A stretch of 32,000 nucleotides of DNA. It comes from an uncultured bacterium (GTDB lineage: Bacteria > Margulisbacteria > WOR-1 > CAVSGV01). Under the pieces are notes generated by a model. The model did not search any database. It was given only the letters and a program-made list of their open reading frames with translations, and was not told where the DNA came from. The DNA lies in contig OY969425.1 in assembly GCA_963699255.1 (NCBI GenBank), forward strand, positions 360,001-392,000, read 5' to 3'. The translations under genes were made by a program, and so were the position numbers. Positions 8,592 to 16,475 of this stretch are shown here, in pieces. Position 1 is the stretch's first letter; each line of letters starts with the position of its first letter.

Positions 8592-9377
8592 TTGACAGGT
8601 ATTAATAATATTCATAATGGCCTGGTGACAACTATTGGGGGGACAAAAACCTCCGTTGAAAAACTGGCTAAACAGAAAGAGAATGATCTTGACCAGTTCT
8701 CTGTAACCATTATTCCTGGCACGACCACTGCGAAAGTGCTTGGAGCACAGCTTGCGTGTTTGGGAATAAAAAGCGTTACTATAGAAGCGTTAGAGAAAAT
8801 TGCAGGCGTCGATAAAGTATTTGATAAAAATGAGATAATTCCACTTGATGACTACTTAGACAAGGAATTTGCTCTTTGGGGGATGCAAAAGTCAGGGATC
8901 GTTATTGATGATTGGATTAAGGAAAATCTTATTACAGATAAAGCCAAAGACCCGGATTATATTGGCGCATTAATAGAATTGCAGAAGTCAGGGATTAAGG
9001 TCAACGGCTTACTTATTGATTCTCTTTCTTTGGATAAAGGCCAGGATAAGGATTATATAAGCGCATTAATAGAGATAAAGAAAGGCGGAGTTGAGATATC
9101 CGCATCAATGGTCATTCATCTTGCTCGTGAGACAGCAAAAGACCCGGGCTATCGTCATTTGCTGATAGAGGACAAGGGTGATTTTAACAGGGCTGATATG
9201 GATTATATAAAGAAATATTTTATGGAGCATGCAAAAGGGAAAAAAGAAGAAGAGATCAATTCCGAGGTCAATAATCTTGATAGTTTGACAAGGCTCTACA
9301 TGGATAATTATAACACGGCTTTAGGACAGATCGTCCTTCAACGCATAACGCACATATCGCAATCAGATAAGAAATAA
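8592..9377 (+). CDS. Orphan repeat protein with four ~32-aa tandem repeats, no recognisable family
   Basis: This is an ORF with a TTG start, a good SD and its own promoter. The repeat units are …DDYLDKEFALWGMQKSGIVIDD…, DKAKDPDYIGALIELQKSGIKVNG…, DKGQDKDYISALIEIKKGGVEIS… and ETAKDPGYRHLLIEDKGDF…. At DNA level, GGATTATAT(TG/AA)GCGCATTAATAGA recurs at 8954 and 9050, 96 nt apart. There is no signal peptide or TM segment. Confidence 0.6.
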   Translation: MTGINNIHNGLVTTIGGTKTSVEKLAKQKENDLDQFSVTIIPGTTTAKVLGAQLACLGIKSVTIEALEKIAGVDKVFDKNEIIPLDDYLDKEFALWGMQKSGIVIDDWIKENLITDKAKDPDYIGALIELQKSGIKVNGLLIDSLSLDKGQDKDYISALIEIKKGGVEISASMVIHLARETAKDPGYRHLLIEDKGDFNRADMDYIKKYFMEHAKGKKEEEINSEVNNLDSLTRLYMDNYNTALGQIVLQRITHISQSDKK

Positions 9378-9403
9378 CACCGCTTTGGTTGCATCCGCTC
9401 TTA

Positions 9404-9432
9404 ATGACGACATCTTCATTTTATGCTAAAAT
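9404..9432 (+). promoter_or_regulatory. Candidate extended -10 promoter (aTGACg-17 nt-TGcTAAAAT) abutting the dnaE start
   Basis: The -10 hexamer ends at 9432 and the dnaE ATG is at 9442. An in-frame TAA at 9427-9429 prevents any upstream extension of the ORF. No SD is present in GGTCCCATT. Confidence 0.35.
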
Positions 9433-9441
9433 GGTCCCATT

Positions 9442-12400
9442 ATGCCCCGAGGGTTCATACATCTTCATGTGCATTCTGAGTACAGCCTCCTTGATGGTGC
9501 AAGCCGCGTAGAGGACCTGGCCAAAAGGGCGCACGAGCTCGGCATGAAGGGGATGGCCATCACCGACCACGGCAGCATGTATGCCGCGGTAAAGTTCTAC
9601 CTCAACATGAAAGAAGCCGGCATCAAACCGATCATCGGCAGCGAGCTTTATATCGCCCCCAACGGAAGGTTCAACAAGATCACTGCGGAAGACAGGTCGC
9701 CGTTCCATTTGACCGTTCTGGCGAAAAACAAGGCCGGATATAAGAACCTGGTCACACTCGTGTCCAAGGGAAACATAGAGGGATTTTATTCCAAACCGAG
9801 GGTCGACAAAGAGCTCCTGGAAAAGCACAGGGAGGGACTGATAGTTCTGTCCGGCTGCCTTAAAGGGGAGATAGCCAAAAAGATCGTCGCGAACGAGGAG
9901 CAAAAGGCAAAAGAACTTGCGTCATTCTACAAGGAACTGTTCAAGGATGATTTTTACTTAGAGATGATGTATCACGGCCTTCCGGAACAAAAAAAGGTGA
10001 ACGAGTATCTTGAAAAACTCGGCAAGGAAATGGGCATCCCGTGCGTCGCCACCAATGACAGCCATTACACGAGGCGTGAGGACGCGAGAACCCAGGACAT
10101 AATGCTTTGCATTCAGACGGGGGCTTTCCTGGATGACGCCGACAGGATGAAATTCTCTTCCGACGAATTCTTCATTAAATCCCATGCGGAAATGAAGAGC
10201 AATTTCTCCCATAACGAAGAAGCGCTGGGGAATACCATGGATGTACTGGATAAGTGCGACCTCGAATTGGATATCGGGCGCAACCTTATTCCGGATTTCC
10301 CGGTTCCGGAAGGCGAAACTCCCGATTCTTTCCTTGAGAAGCTCAGCTTTGAAGGTATAAAGCAAAAGTACGGTGTTAATGCGGAGGACCGCGGGAAGGA
10401 AGTTGTCGTGGTGCCTCCCGAAGTGAATGAAAGGGTTAAATACGAGCTCAGCGTCATAAAACAAACCGGGTTCGCGTCTTATTTTCTGATAGTTAACGAT
10501 TTCATAAATTTCGCCAGGTCCGCGGGGATTCAGGTGGGCCCGGGGAGAGGATCTGCGGCCGGAAGCATAGTTTCTTACTCTCTGGGAATAACCAGCCTCG
10601 ACCCGCTAAAATACGGGCTCATATTCGAGAGATTCCTGAATCCGGAGAGGATATCCATGCCTGATATCGACATAGACTTCTGTATCGAGAGGCGGCAGGA
10701 GGTCATAGATTACGTCGTCAGGAAATACGGCGCGAGCAGGGTTGCGCAGATAATAACTTTCGGAACGATGGCCGCAAGGGCCGCGATAAGGGATGTAGGC
10801 CGAGTTGAACAGGTCCCTCTATCGGAGGTCGACAAGATCGCGAAAATGGTCCCGATGGTAAAGGACATGACAATAGATAAGGCTGTTTCGGAGATAAAGG
10901 AACTGAAGGCCATATACGATAAGGATGCAAAGATCAAGGCGCTCATTGATGACGCGAAGAGGATTGAAGGCCTGGTGAGGCATGCGTCGATGCACGCCGC
11001 GGGAGTCGTCATTTCCAGGGAGGAGCTTACGAACATCGTCCCGGTACAGACAGTGAACGATACTCAGGTGATGTCCCAGTACGACATGGATGACCTGAAG
11101 GAGATCGGGATCTTGAAAATGGACTTTTTGGGTCTGCGCAACCTCACGATGATAGCGCATGCCGTTAATATCATCCGGCATACAAAGGGGATTGATTTGA
11201 ACATAAAAACACTGCCGCTTGATGATACTGAAACATACCAACTGCTTTGCAGCGGCAATACGATCGGCATATTTCAGCTTGAAAGCAGGGGGATGAGGTC
11301 GCTAATAAAAGATCTTAAGCCGACTTCTTTCGAGGAAATAATCCCTCTTATTGCGCTTTACAGGCCGGGCCCCATAGAGAGCGGAATGGTGGAGGACTTT
11401 GTTAAAAGGAAACACAAGCAGGTGGAAGTTAAATATGAGATGCCGGAGCTTGAGCCAATATTGCGGGAAACGTACGGCGTCATTCTTTACCAGGAACAGG
11501 TCATGGAGATAGCGAGCAAAATAGCTGGCTACTCTTTTGCCCAGGCGGACGTTCTGCGCGCCGCTATGGGCAAGAAAAAAGTAAAAGAGATGCACGCGGA
11601 AAGAGAGCGCTTCATAGCGGGAGTAAAAAAGAACCATTCGGAGAACAAGGCCGTGCACCTGTTCAATCTTTGTTCGAAGTTCGCGGGGTACGGGTTCAAC
11701 AAGAGCCATTCCGCGTCATATTCGATCATCTCGTACCAGACGGCTTACCTTAAAGCGAATTATCCCGTGGATTTCATGGCGGCGCTGCTTACTTCCGTTA
11801 CAGGCGATTCAGATAAAGTGAGCTTATATATTGCCGAATGTCAGAAAATGAAAGTAAAAGTAATGCCGCCCGACGTCAATGAGAGCTTGAAAAATTTCAC
11901 TGTCGTTGGCGACGGCATAAGGTTCGGTCTGGTCGCCATAAAAAATGTGGGACTGGCTGCGGTCGAGAACATACTCTCCGTGAAAGAAAAGGACGGAAAA
12001 TTCACATCGCTTCTCAGTTTTTGCGAAAGGGTCGACTTGCGCTCCGTTAATAAGAGGGTAATAGAAAGCCTCATCAAGAGCGGGGCTTTTGACAGCCTCG
12101 GCAGGCGCGCCGCGCTGCTTAAAAAGCTCGAGGGCACAATCGATAAGGCGGCTCTTACCCAAAAAGAAACGGCGAACGGGCAGGGCGCTTTGTTCCAGGT
12201 GGAAAGAAAGGCGGCTGCGCCGGGCGAACCCGATGCCGATGATGCGGCGGAATTCAGCCCGGACGAGCTGCTAAAGATGGAGAAGGAAATGCTGGGGCTT
12301 TACATATCGGGGCATCCGCTCTCTTCGGTCAATGAACTTCTAAAGGAGCAGATCGACACTAACGCATTTGAGCTTGCAGAAAGAAAGGAAGGCGAACAGG

Positions 12401-12879
12401 TCGTTGTGGGTGGGATCCTTTCATCCTGCAGAAAACTGACCACAAGAAGAAAAGAGCTTATGATGGTCGCGAACATCGAGGACATGTCCGGCACGATACC
12501 TGTGGTGATATTCCCGAGGGCTTATGAGAAATACGCTTCAATGCTTTCTGACGATGCCATTGTCATAATAAAAGGCAAGGTCAACATCGACTCCATGAAT
12601 GACGAGAAAAAGATCTTATGTGACATCGTGAAGCCTCTCTCAAAGGAAAAGAACGGACGCAGGGTATTTCATGTCAGGGTGGACAAGGAGAGATTCAGTT
12701 CCCTGCCGGAGCTGAAAAGCCTCTTCAGTTCATACAAGGGGAAGGACCCGGTTTACCTCCACATGGATGGAAAGGTGATAAAAGTGGGGGAGGAGCATTA
12801 TATTTCGATCGATCCCTCAGTGGTTTCGCAGGTTGAGGAATTGCTTGGAAGAGATTCGGCGTGGGTTGACAGCCAATGA
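9442..12879 (+). CDS. dnaE: DNA polymerase III alpha subunit
   Basis: It is 1145 aa with an N-terminal PHP domain (HLHVHSEYSLLDG). Polymerase core blocks are present (PDIDIDF, GLLKMDFLGLRNLT, FNKSHSASY), as is a C-terminal OB-fold region. Confidence 0.97.
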   Translation: MPRGFIHLHVHSEYSLLDGASRVEDLAKRAHELGMKGMAITDHGSMYAAVKFYLNMKEAGIKPIIGSELYIAPNGRFNKITAEDRSPFHLTVLAKNKAGYKNLVTLVSKGNIEGFYSKPRVDKELLEKHREGLIVLSGCLKGEIAKKIVANEEQKAKELASFYKELFKDDFYLEMMYHGLPEQKKVNEYLEKLGKEMGIPCVATNDSHYTRREDARTQDIMLCIQTGAFLDDADRMKFSSDEFFIKSHAEMKSNFSHNEEALGNTMDVLDKCDLELDIGRNLIPDFPVPEGETPDSFLEKLSFEGIKQKYGVNAEDRGKEVVVVPPEVNERVKYELSVIKQTGFASYFLIVNDFINFARSAGIQVGPGRGSAAGSIVSYSLGITSLDPLKYGLIFERFLNPERISMPDIDIDFCIERRQEVIDYVVRKYGASRVAQIITFGTMAARAAIRDVGRVEQVPLSEVDKIAKMVPMVKDMTIDKAVSEIKELKAIYDKDAKIKALIDDAKRIEGLVRHASMHAAGVVISREELTNIVPVQTVNDTQVMSQYDMDDLKEIGILKMDFLGLRNLTMIAHAVNIIRHTKGIDLNIKTLPLDDTETYQLLCSGNTIGIFQLESRGMRSLIKDLKPTSFEEIIPLIALYRPGPIESGMVEDFVKRKHKQVEVKYEMPELEPILRETYGVILYQEQVMEIASKIAGYSFAQADVLRAAMGKKKVKEMHAERERFIAGVKKNHSENKAVHLFNLCSKFAGYGFNKSHSASYSIISYQTAYLKANYPVDFMAALLTSVTGDSDKVSLYIAECQKMKVKVMPPDVNESLKNFTVVGDGIRFGLVAIKNVGLAAVENILSVKEKDGKFTSLLSFCERVDLRSVNKRVIESLIKSGAFDSLGRRAALLKKLEGTIDKAALTQKETANGQGALFQVERKAAAPGEPDADDAAEFSPDELLKMEKEMLGLYISGHPLSSVNELLKEQIDTNAFELAERKEGEQVVVGGILSSCRKLTTRRKELMMVANIEDMSGTIPVVIFPRAYEKYASMLSDDAIVIIKGKVNIDSMNDEKKILCDIVKPLSKEKNGRRVFHVRVDKERFSSLPELKSLFSSYKGKDPVYLHMDGKVIKVGEEHYISIDPSVVSQVEELLGRDSAWVDSQ

Positions 12880-12904
12880 ATGAAAAATGGAAGGGGAGAT
12901 AAAA

Positions 12905-13225
12905 ATGTCGATTATTGATGAAATGAAGTTCGACGGTTCCGGCCTTATTCCGGCGATAGTCCAGGATGAAAAGACAAAGGATGTATTGATGGTGGCTTAT
13001 ATGAACAGGGAATCTCTTGAGAAAACAATAAAGGAAGGCAAAGCTTGTTACTGGAGCAGGTCAAGGAAGAAACTCTGGACAAAAGGCGAGACATCCGGCA
13101 ATTTCCAGAAAGTTAAGGCAATATTTTATGATTGCGATATGGACGCTCTTCTCCTGATAGTTGATCAGGTCGGGGTTGCCTGCCATACCGGCAACAGGAG
13201 CTGTTTTTACAGGAAGCTGAAATAA
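12905..13225 (+). CDS. hisI: Phosphoribosyl-AMP cyclohydrolase (monofunctional HisI)
   Basis: It carries the blocks [24 protein letters not shown] and CHTG.RSCF. The start at 12905 has a GGGGAG SD 6 nt upstream. The ORF-track start at 12887 has no SD. No HisE (PRA-PH) domain is attached. Confidence 0.9.
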   Translation: MSIIDEMKFDGSGLIPAIVQDEKTKDVLMVAYMNRESLEKTIKEGKACYWSRSRKKLWTKGETSGNFQKVKAIFYDCDMDALLLIVDQVGVACHTGNRSCFYRKLK

Positions 13226-13243
13226 TGTCTGCGGTTCCAGAAT

Positions 13244-13765
13244 ATGCGGCAACAATCATTAGAGACGTTCACGTATATGGTTTTTAAGACACCCTTTGGC
13301 CATATGGGCGCTGCGAGAACGCGTTTGGGGATGCACACGGTCATATTGCCGAAAAGACGCGCGGATGAAGTTGAGGGGATACTTAAGGAAAGGCTTGGTC
13401 AGGACATCATTGAAGATGGATCAAGTTTCAGTTCATTTTACAGTAAAACATCGGAATATTTTTCAGGAAAGAACGTAAGTTTTGACGATCTCATAGATGT
13501 TGAAGGAGCCTCCGATTTTGAAAAGCGCGTTTGGTCAATGGCGGCTGCCATTCCCTGGGGACAGGTTCGATCTTATGATTGGGTGGCGCGGTCAATAGGT
13601 CAGCCGGGTGCATACAGAGCTGTTGGTAGAGCCCTTGCGTGCAACAGACTTCCGATCATCATACCTTGCCACAGGGTAACTAAGAAGGACGGGGATATCG
13701 GTGGATTTGCGGACGGGCCGCAGATGAAAAGTTTGTTATTAAAAATAGAGGGCAGTTTACATTGA
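13244..13765 (+). CDS. ogt: Methylated-DNA-protein-cysteine methyltransferase
   Basis: It has the active-site motif IIIPCHRV, together with the WGQVRSY and YRAVGRALACN blocks. An alternative start exists at 13277. Confidence 0.88.
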   Translation: MRQQSLETFTYMVFKTPFGHMGAARTRLGMHTVILPKRRADEVEGILKERLGQDIIEDGSSFSSFYSKTSEYFSGKNVSFDDLIDVEGASDFEKRVWSMAAAIPWGQVRSYDWVARSIGQPGAYRAVGRALACNRLPIIIPCHRVTKKDGDIGGFADGPQMKSLLLKIEGSLH

Positions 13766-14496
13766 ACACCTCAAATTCCAAATTCGGTCATTGGCCATTG
13801 GTCATTTATTTGTCATTGGTGATCGGGTTTTGGTCATTTATGTCCGGAGCTTGTGAAGCAAGGTCCGTCTGGAACGGTGACCGTACCAGGAATGTTGTTG
13901 CTCTTACTTTCGATGACGGGCCAAAACCGGAGTTTTGCGCGCACATTCTTGACATTCTGGACAGGTTCGGCGCGAAAGCAACTTTTTTTGTGGTCGGACA
14001 GGAAGCGGAGGACAGTCCCGATCTGATAATGAGAATGGAAGACAGCGGACACGAGATAGGCAACCACACATATTCGCACATGCCTCTTAAGGACAAGCCT
14101 GTGGGGGAAGCGCTGGAAGATATCCAGAGATGCAGCGAGGTCATTTATAACATAACCGGCAAACAGCCAAAGTATTTCCGTCCGCCCGGAGGGGAATATA
14201 ATTCCGGCATATTGAACGGATTGAACAAGATGGGGCTTACAACGGTGTACTGGTCCTTGAATGCTGCCGACTATAGCGACGATATGACGCCGGGATATGA
14301 AGTGCCTGACGACTATCAGGCCATGGCAAAAGCGCTTACAAAGCGCATTGTGGACAAAGTAACTCCTGGGACTATAATATTGTTACATAATGGGAGCGAG
14401 CAGACCGTACTGGCTCTGCCGTTCATTCTCACCGAATTAAAGAAGAAAGGATATGGCTTCGTTACCATAAGCGATATTCTCGAGGAGAAGATCTGA
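13762..14496 (+). CDS. Polysaccharide deacetylase (NodB homology domain), membrane-anchored or secreted
   Basis: It has an N-terminal hydrophobic segment. NodB motifs are present ([27 protein letters not shown]). The TTG start overlaps the ogt stop. Confidence 0.85.
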   Translation: MNTSNSKFGHWPLVIYLSLVIGFWSFMSGACEARSVWNGDRTRNVVALTFDDGPKPEFCAHILDILDRFGAKATFFVVGQEAEDSPDLIMRMEDSGHEIGNHTYSHMPLKDKPVGEALEDIQRCSEVIYNITGKQPKYFRPPGGEYNSGILNGLNKMGLTTVYWSLNAADYSDDMTPGYEVPDDYQAMAKALTKRIVDKVTPGTIILLHNGSEQTVLALPFILTELKKKGYGFVTISDILEEKI

Positions 14497-15257
14497 TGCT
14501 TGCAAGGCGTATCATACCCTGCCTCGACGTTTCGGAGGGACGGGTCGTAAAAGGAATAAAGTTCGTTCAGCTCCGGGATGCTGGAGATCCTGTGGAGCTG
14601 GCGTCCTTTTATGATAATGAGGGCGCCGACGAGCTCACTTTCCTGGATATCACCGCTTCCTCACAAAAACGCTACATCATAATCGATGTTGTTCGCAAGG
14701 TCGCGGAGAAAGTTTTCATACCTTTCACGGTAGGGGGCGGGATCTCGGATGTTGACATGATCAAGGAGATCCTGAAGTCCGGCGCCGATAAGGTATCCAT
14801 AAATACGGCTGCGATCAAGAACCCCGACTTCATAAAAAAGGCTTCAGATAAATTCGGGAGCCAGTGCATCGTGGTGGCTATTGACGCCAAAAGGAATTCG
14901 AGTGGCTCTTCCTGGGAGGTTTACATCAATGGTGGCAGAACTCCTACCGGAGTTGACGCAGTGGAGTGGGCGAAGCGGGCCGAAAGCCTCGGCGCGGGAG
15001 AGATACTTTTAACGAGCATGGACAGGGACGGCACCAAAGAGGGATATGATATTGAACTTACAAAAGCCATATCCAGCAGCGTTAATGTCCCCGTTATCGC
15101 CTCGGGCGGCGCCGGCACAAAGGAGCATGTTTATGAGGCTTTAACTCGCGGCGGCGCTGACGCGGCCCTTCTTGCTTCGCTCCTCCACTACGGCGAATTC
15201 CGCATAAAGGAGCTGAAGGAATTTTTGACCAGGAAAGGGATCCCCGTAAGGCTTTAA
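14496..15257 (+). CDS. hisF: Imidazole glycerol phosphate synthase cyclase subunit
   Basis: HisF blocks are present: [34 protein letters not shown] and ASGGAG. Confidence 0.96.
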   Translation: MLARRIIPCLDVSEGRVVKGIKFVQLRDAGDPVELASFYDNEGADELTFLDITASSQKRYIIIDVVRKVAEKVFIPFTVGGGISDVDMIKEILKSGADKVSINTAAIKNPDFIKKASDKFGSQCIVVAIDAKRNSSGSSWEVYINGGRTPTGVDAVEWAKRAESLGAGEILLTSMDRDGTKEGYDIELTKAISSSVNVPVIASGGAGTKEHVYEALTRGGADAALLASLLHYGEFRIKELKEFLTRKGIPVRL

Positions 15258-15258
15258 T

Positions 15259-16086
15259 ATGGACATCGAAATATACCTCTCTAACCGAAAGAGCGTTGTT
15301 AACAAAGCCCTATCTGAATATATCCCTAGAGGAGATAGATACGCAAAAACATTGCGTGATGCCGTCAGATATTCACTTATGTCGGGAGGCAAAAGAATAA
15401 GGCCCATACTGACGCTTGCCGCCTGCGAAGCGGTATCGGGAGGCTATAAAAAAGCCATGCCGCTGGCCGTGGCCATCGAGATGATCCACACATATACGCT
15501 GATCCATGATGATCTGCCGGCAATGGACAATGACGATATCAGGCGCGGAAAACCGACCTGCCACCGTGTTTTCGGGGAGGATGTTGCCATTCTCGCGGGG
15601 GACATGCTGAACACGCTGGCTTTCGAGATAATCGCGGATAACTACGGCGAAAGATCCGCTCTTATCATTTCGGAACTTTCAAAAGCACTGGGCATCAATG
15701 GGGTTGTTGGGGGACAGCTTGCCGATCTGAAATCGAAGGACAAAAGGATCGCCATGAGCGAGCTTAGGTTCATAAGCATACATAAGACGGCATGCCTTTT
15801 TATCGCAAGTGTCAGGTGCGGAGCGATCGCAGGAGGAGCCACCCGCAGCGAGATCTCGAAGCTGACCGAATACGCAATGAGCATCGGCCTTGCGTTTCAG
15901 ATAATAGATGATATATTGGATTATAAGACCGGATCGAAAAACAATTACCCGGCGCTCCTTGGAATGAAGAGTTCAGAGTCTCAAGCTAAGACCGGAATAG
16001 AAAAAGCGGTCAGGGCTTTGCCCGGAGGCGCAAACTACAGCTATTTAAGGGGTATCGCTCTCTTTTTGGCCGAAAGAAAGGAATGA
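15259..16086 (+). CDS. ispA: Polyprenyl (farnesyl/geranylgeranyl) diphosphate synthase
   Basis: It has two Asp-rich motifs, LIHDDLPAMDNDDIRRG and FQIIDDILD, and a GGKRIRP block. Confidence 0.9.
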   Translation: MDIEIYLSNRKSVVNKALSEYIPRGDRYAKTLRDAVRYSLMSGGKRIRPILTLAACEAVSGGYKKAMPLAVAIEMIHTYTLIHDDLPAMDNDDIRRGKPTCHRVFGEDVAILAGDMLNTLAFEIIADNYGERSALIISELSKALGINGVVGGQLADLKSKDKRIAMSELRFISIHKTACLFIASVRCGAIAGGATRSEISKLTEYAMSIGLAFQIIDDILDYKTGSKNNYPALLGMKSSESQAKTGIEKAVRALPGGANYSYLRGIALFLAERKE

Positions 16087-16090
16087 ACAT

Positions 16091-16474
16091 ATGATAAAAG
16101 AAATTATCACAGGATCTCTTACAAATGCAGCTCTAATAACAGCTCTTGTTTCCATGTTACTGGCCCAGGTGATCAAGATAATATACTATTCGATCGTTGA
16201 AAGAAAGATCAATTGGCTGCATTGTTTTGAGGCAGGCGGGATGCCTTCTTCGCACTCGGCTTCGGTATGCGCGCTCTCCATGATGGTGGGTTTAAAAGAA
16301 GGCTTTGATTCCACCCTTTTCGCTGCGGTCATTATTTTTGCCGCGATCGTCATGTATGATGCGATCGTAATAAGGGCGGAAGAGGTGGAGCACACGCTGA
16401 TCGAAGTTTCGGCGGGTGGGCTTATCGGCATTATCGTTGCTTTGATCTTACATTTCAATATTTTCAGGGGGTAA
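16091..16474 (+). CDS. Divergent PAP2 / DUF212 (YuiD-like) membrane protein, shortened variant
   Basis: It has the GGMPSSHSA block, VMYDA and a C-terminal EHTLIEV..GGLIG (cf. GHTP.EV..G). At 127 aa, it seems to lack roughly 20-40 residues of the loop between MYDA.GVR and GH..EV found in YuiD-type proteins, as recalled from memory. Confidence 0.7.
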   Translation: MIKEIITGSLTNAALITALVSMLLAQVIKIIYYSIVERKINWLHCFEAGGMPSSHSASVCALSMMVGLKEGFDSTLFAAVIIFAAIVMYDAIVIRAEEVEHTLIEVSAGGLIGIIVALILHFNIFRG

Positions 16475-16475
16475 G

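Noticed and set aside
9421-9903. A 160-aa minus-strand ORF overlaps the dnaE 5' end. Similar antisense ORFs occur at 9958-10464, 10819-11241 and 11302-11709.
   Set aside because: These are shadow ORFs opposite an unambiguous dnaE reading frame. They have no motifs or translation signals.
12089-12274. A 61-aa + strand ORF in an alternative frame lies inside dnaE. Similar ORFs occur at 13296-13478, 6032-6223, 6648-6878, 17755-18063 and 23841-24113.
   Set aside because: These are out-of-frame overlaps within confident genes. Their composition is Arg-rich or otherwise biased, and they have no independent translation signals.
16091-16474. I considered whether the shortened DUF212 gene is a pseudogene.
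   Set aside because: The reading frame is intact, with a good SD and tight coupling to dxs. The key GGMPSSHSA and distal His blocks are retained, so I treat it as a compact functional variant.
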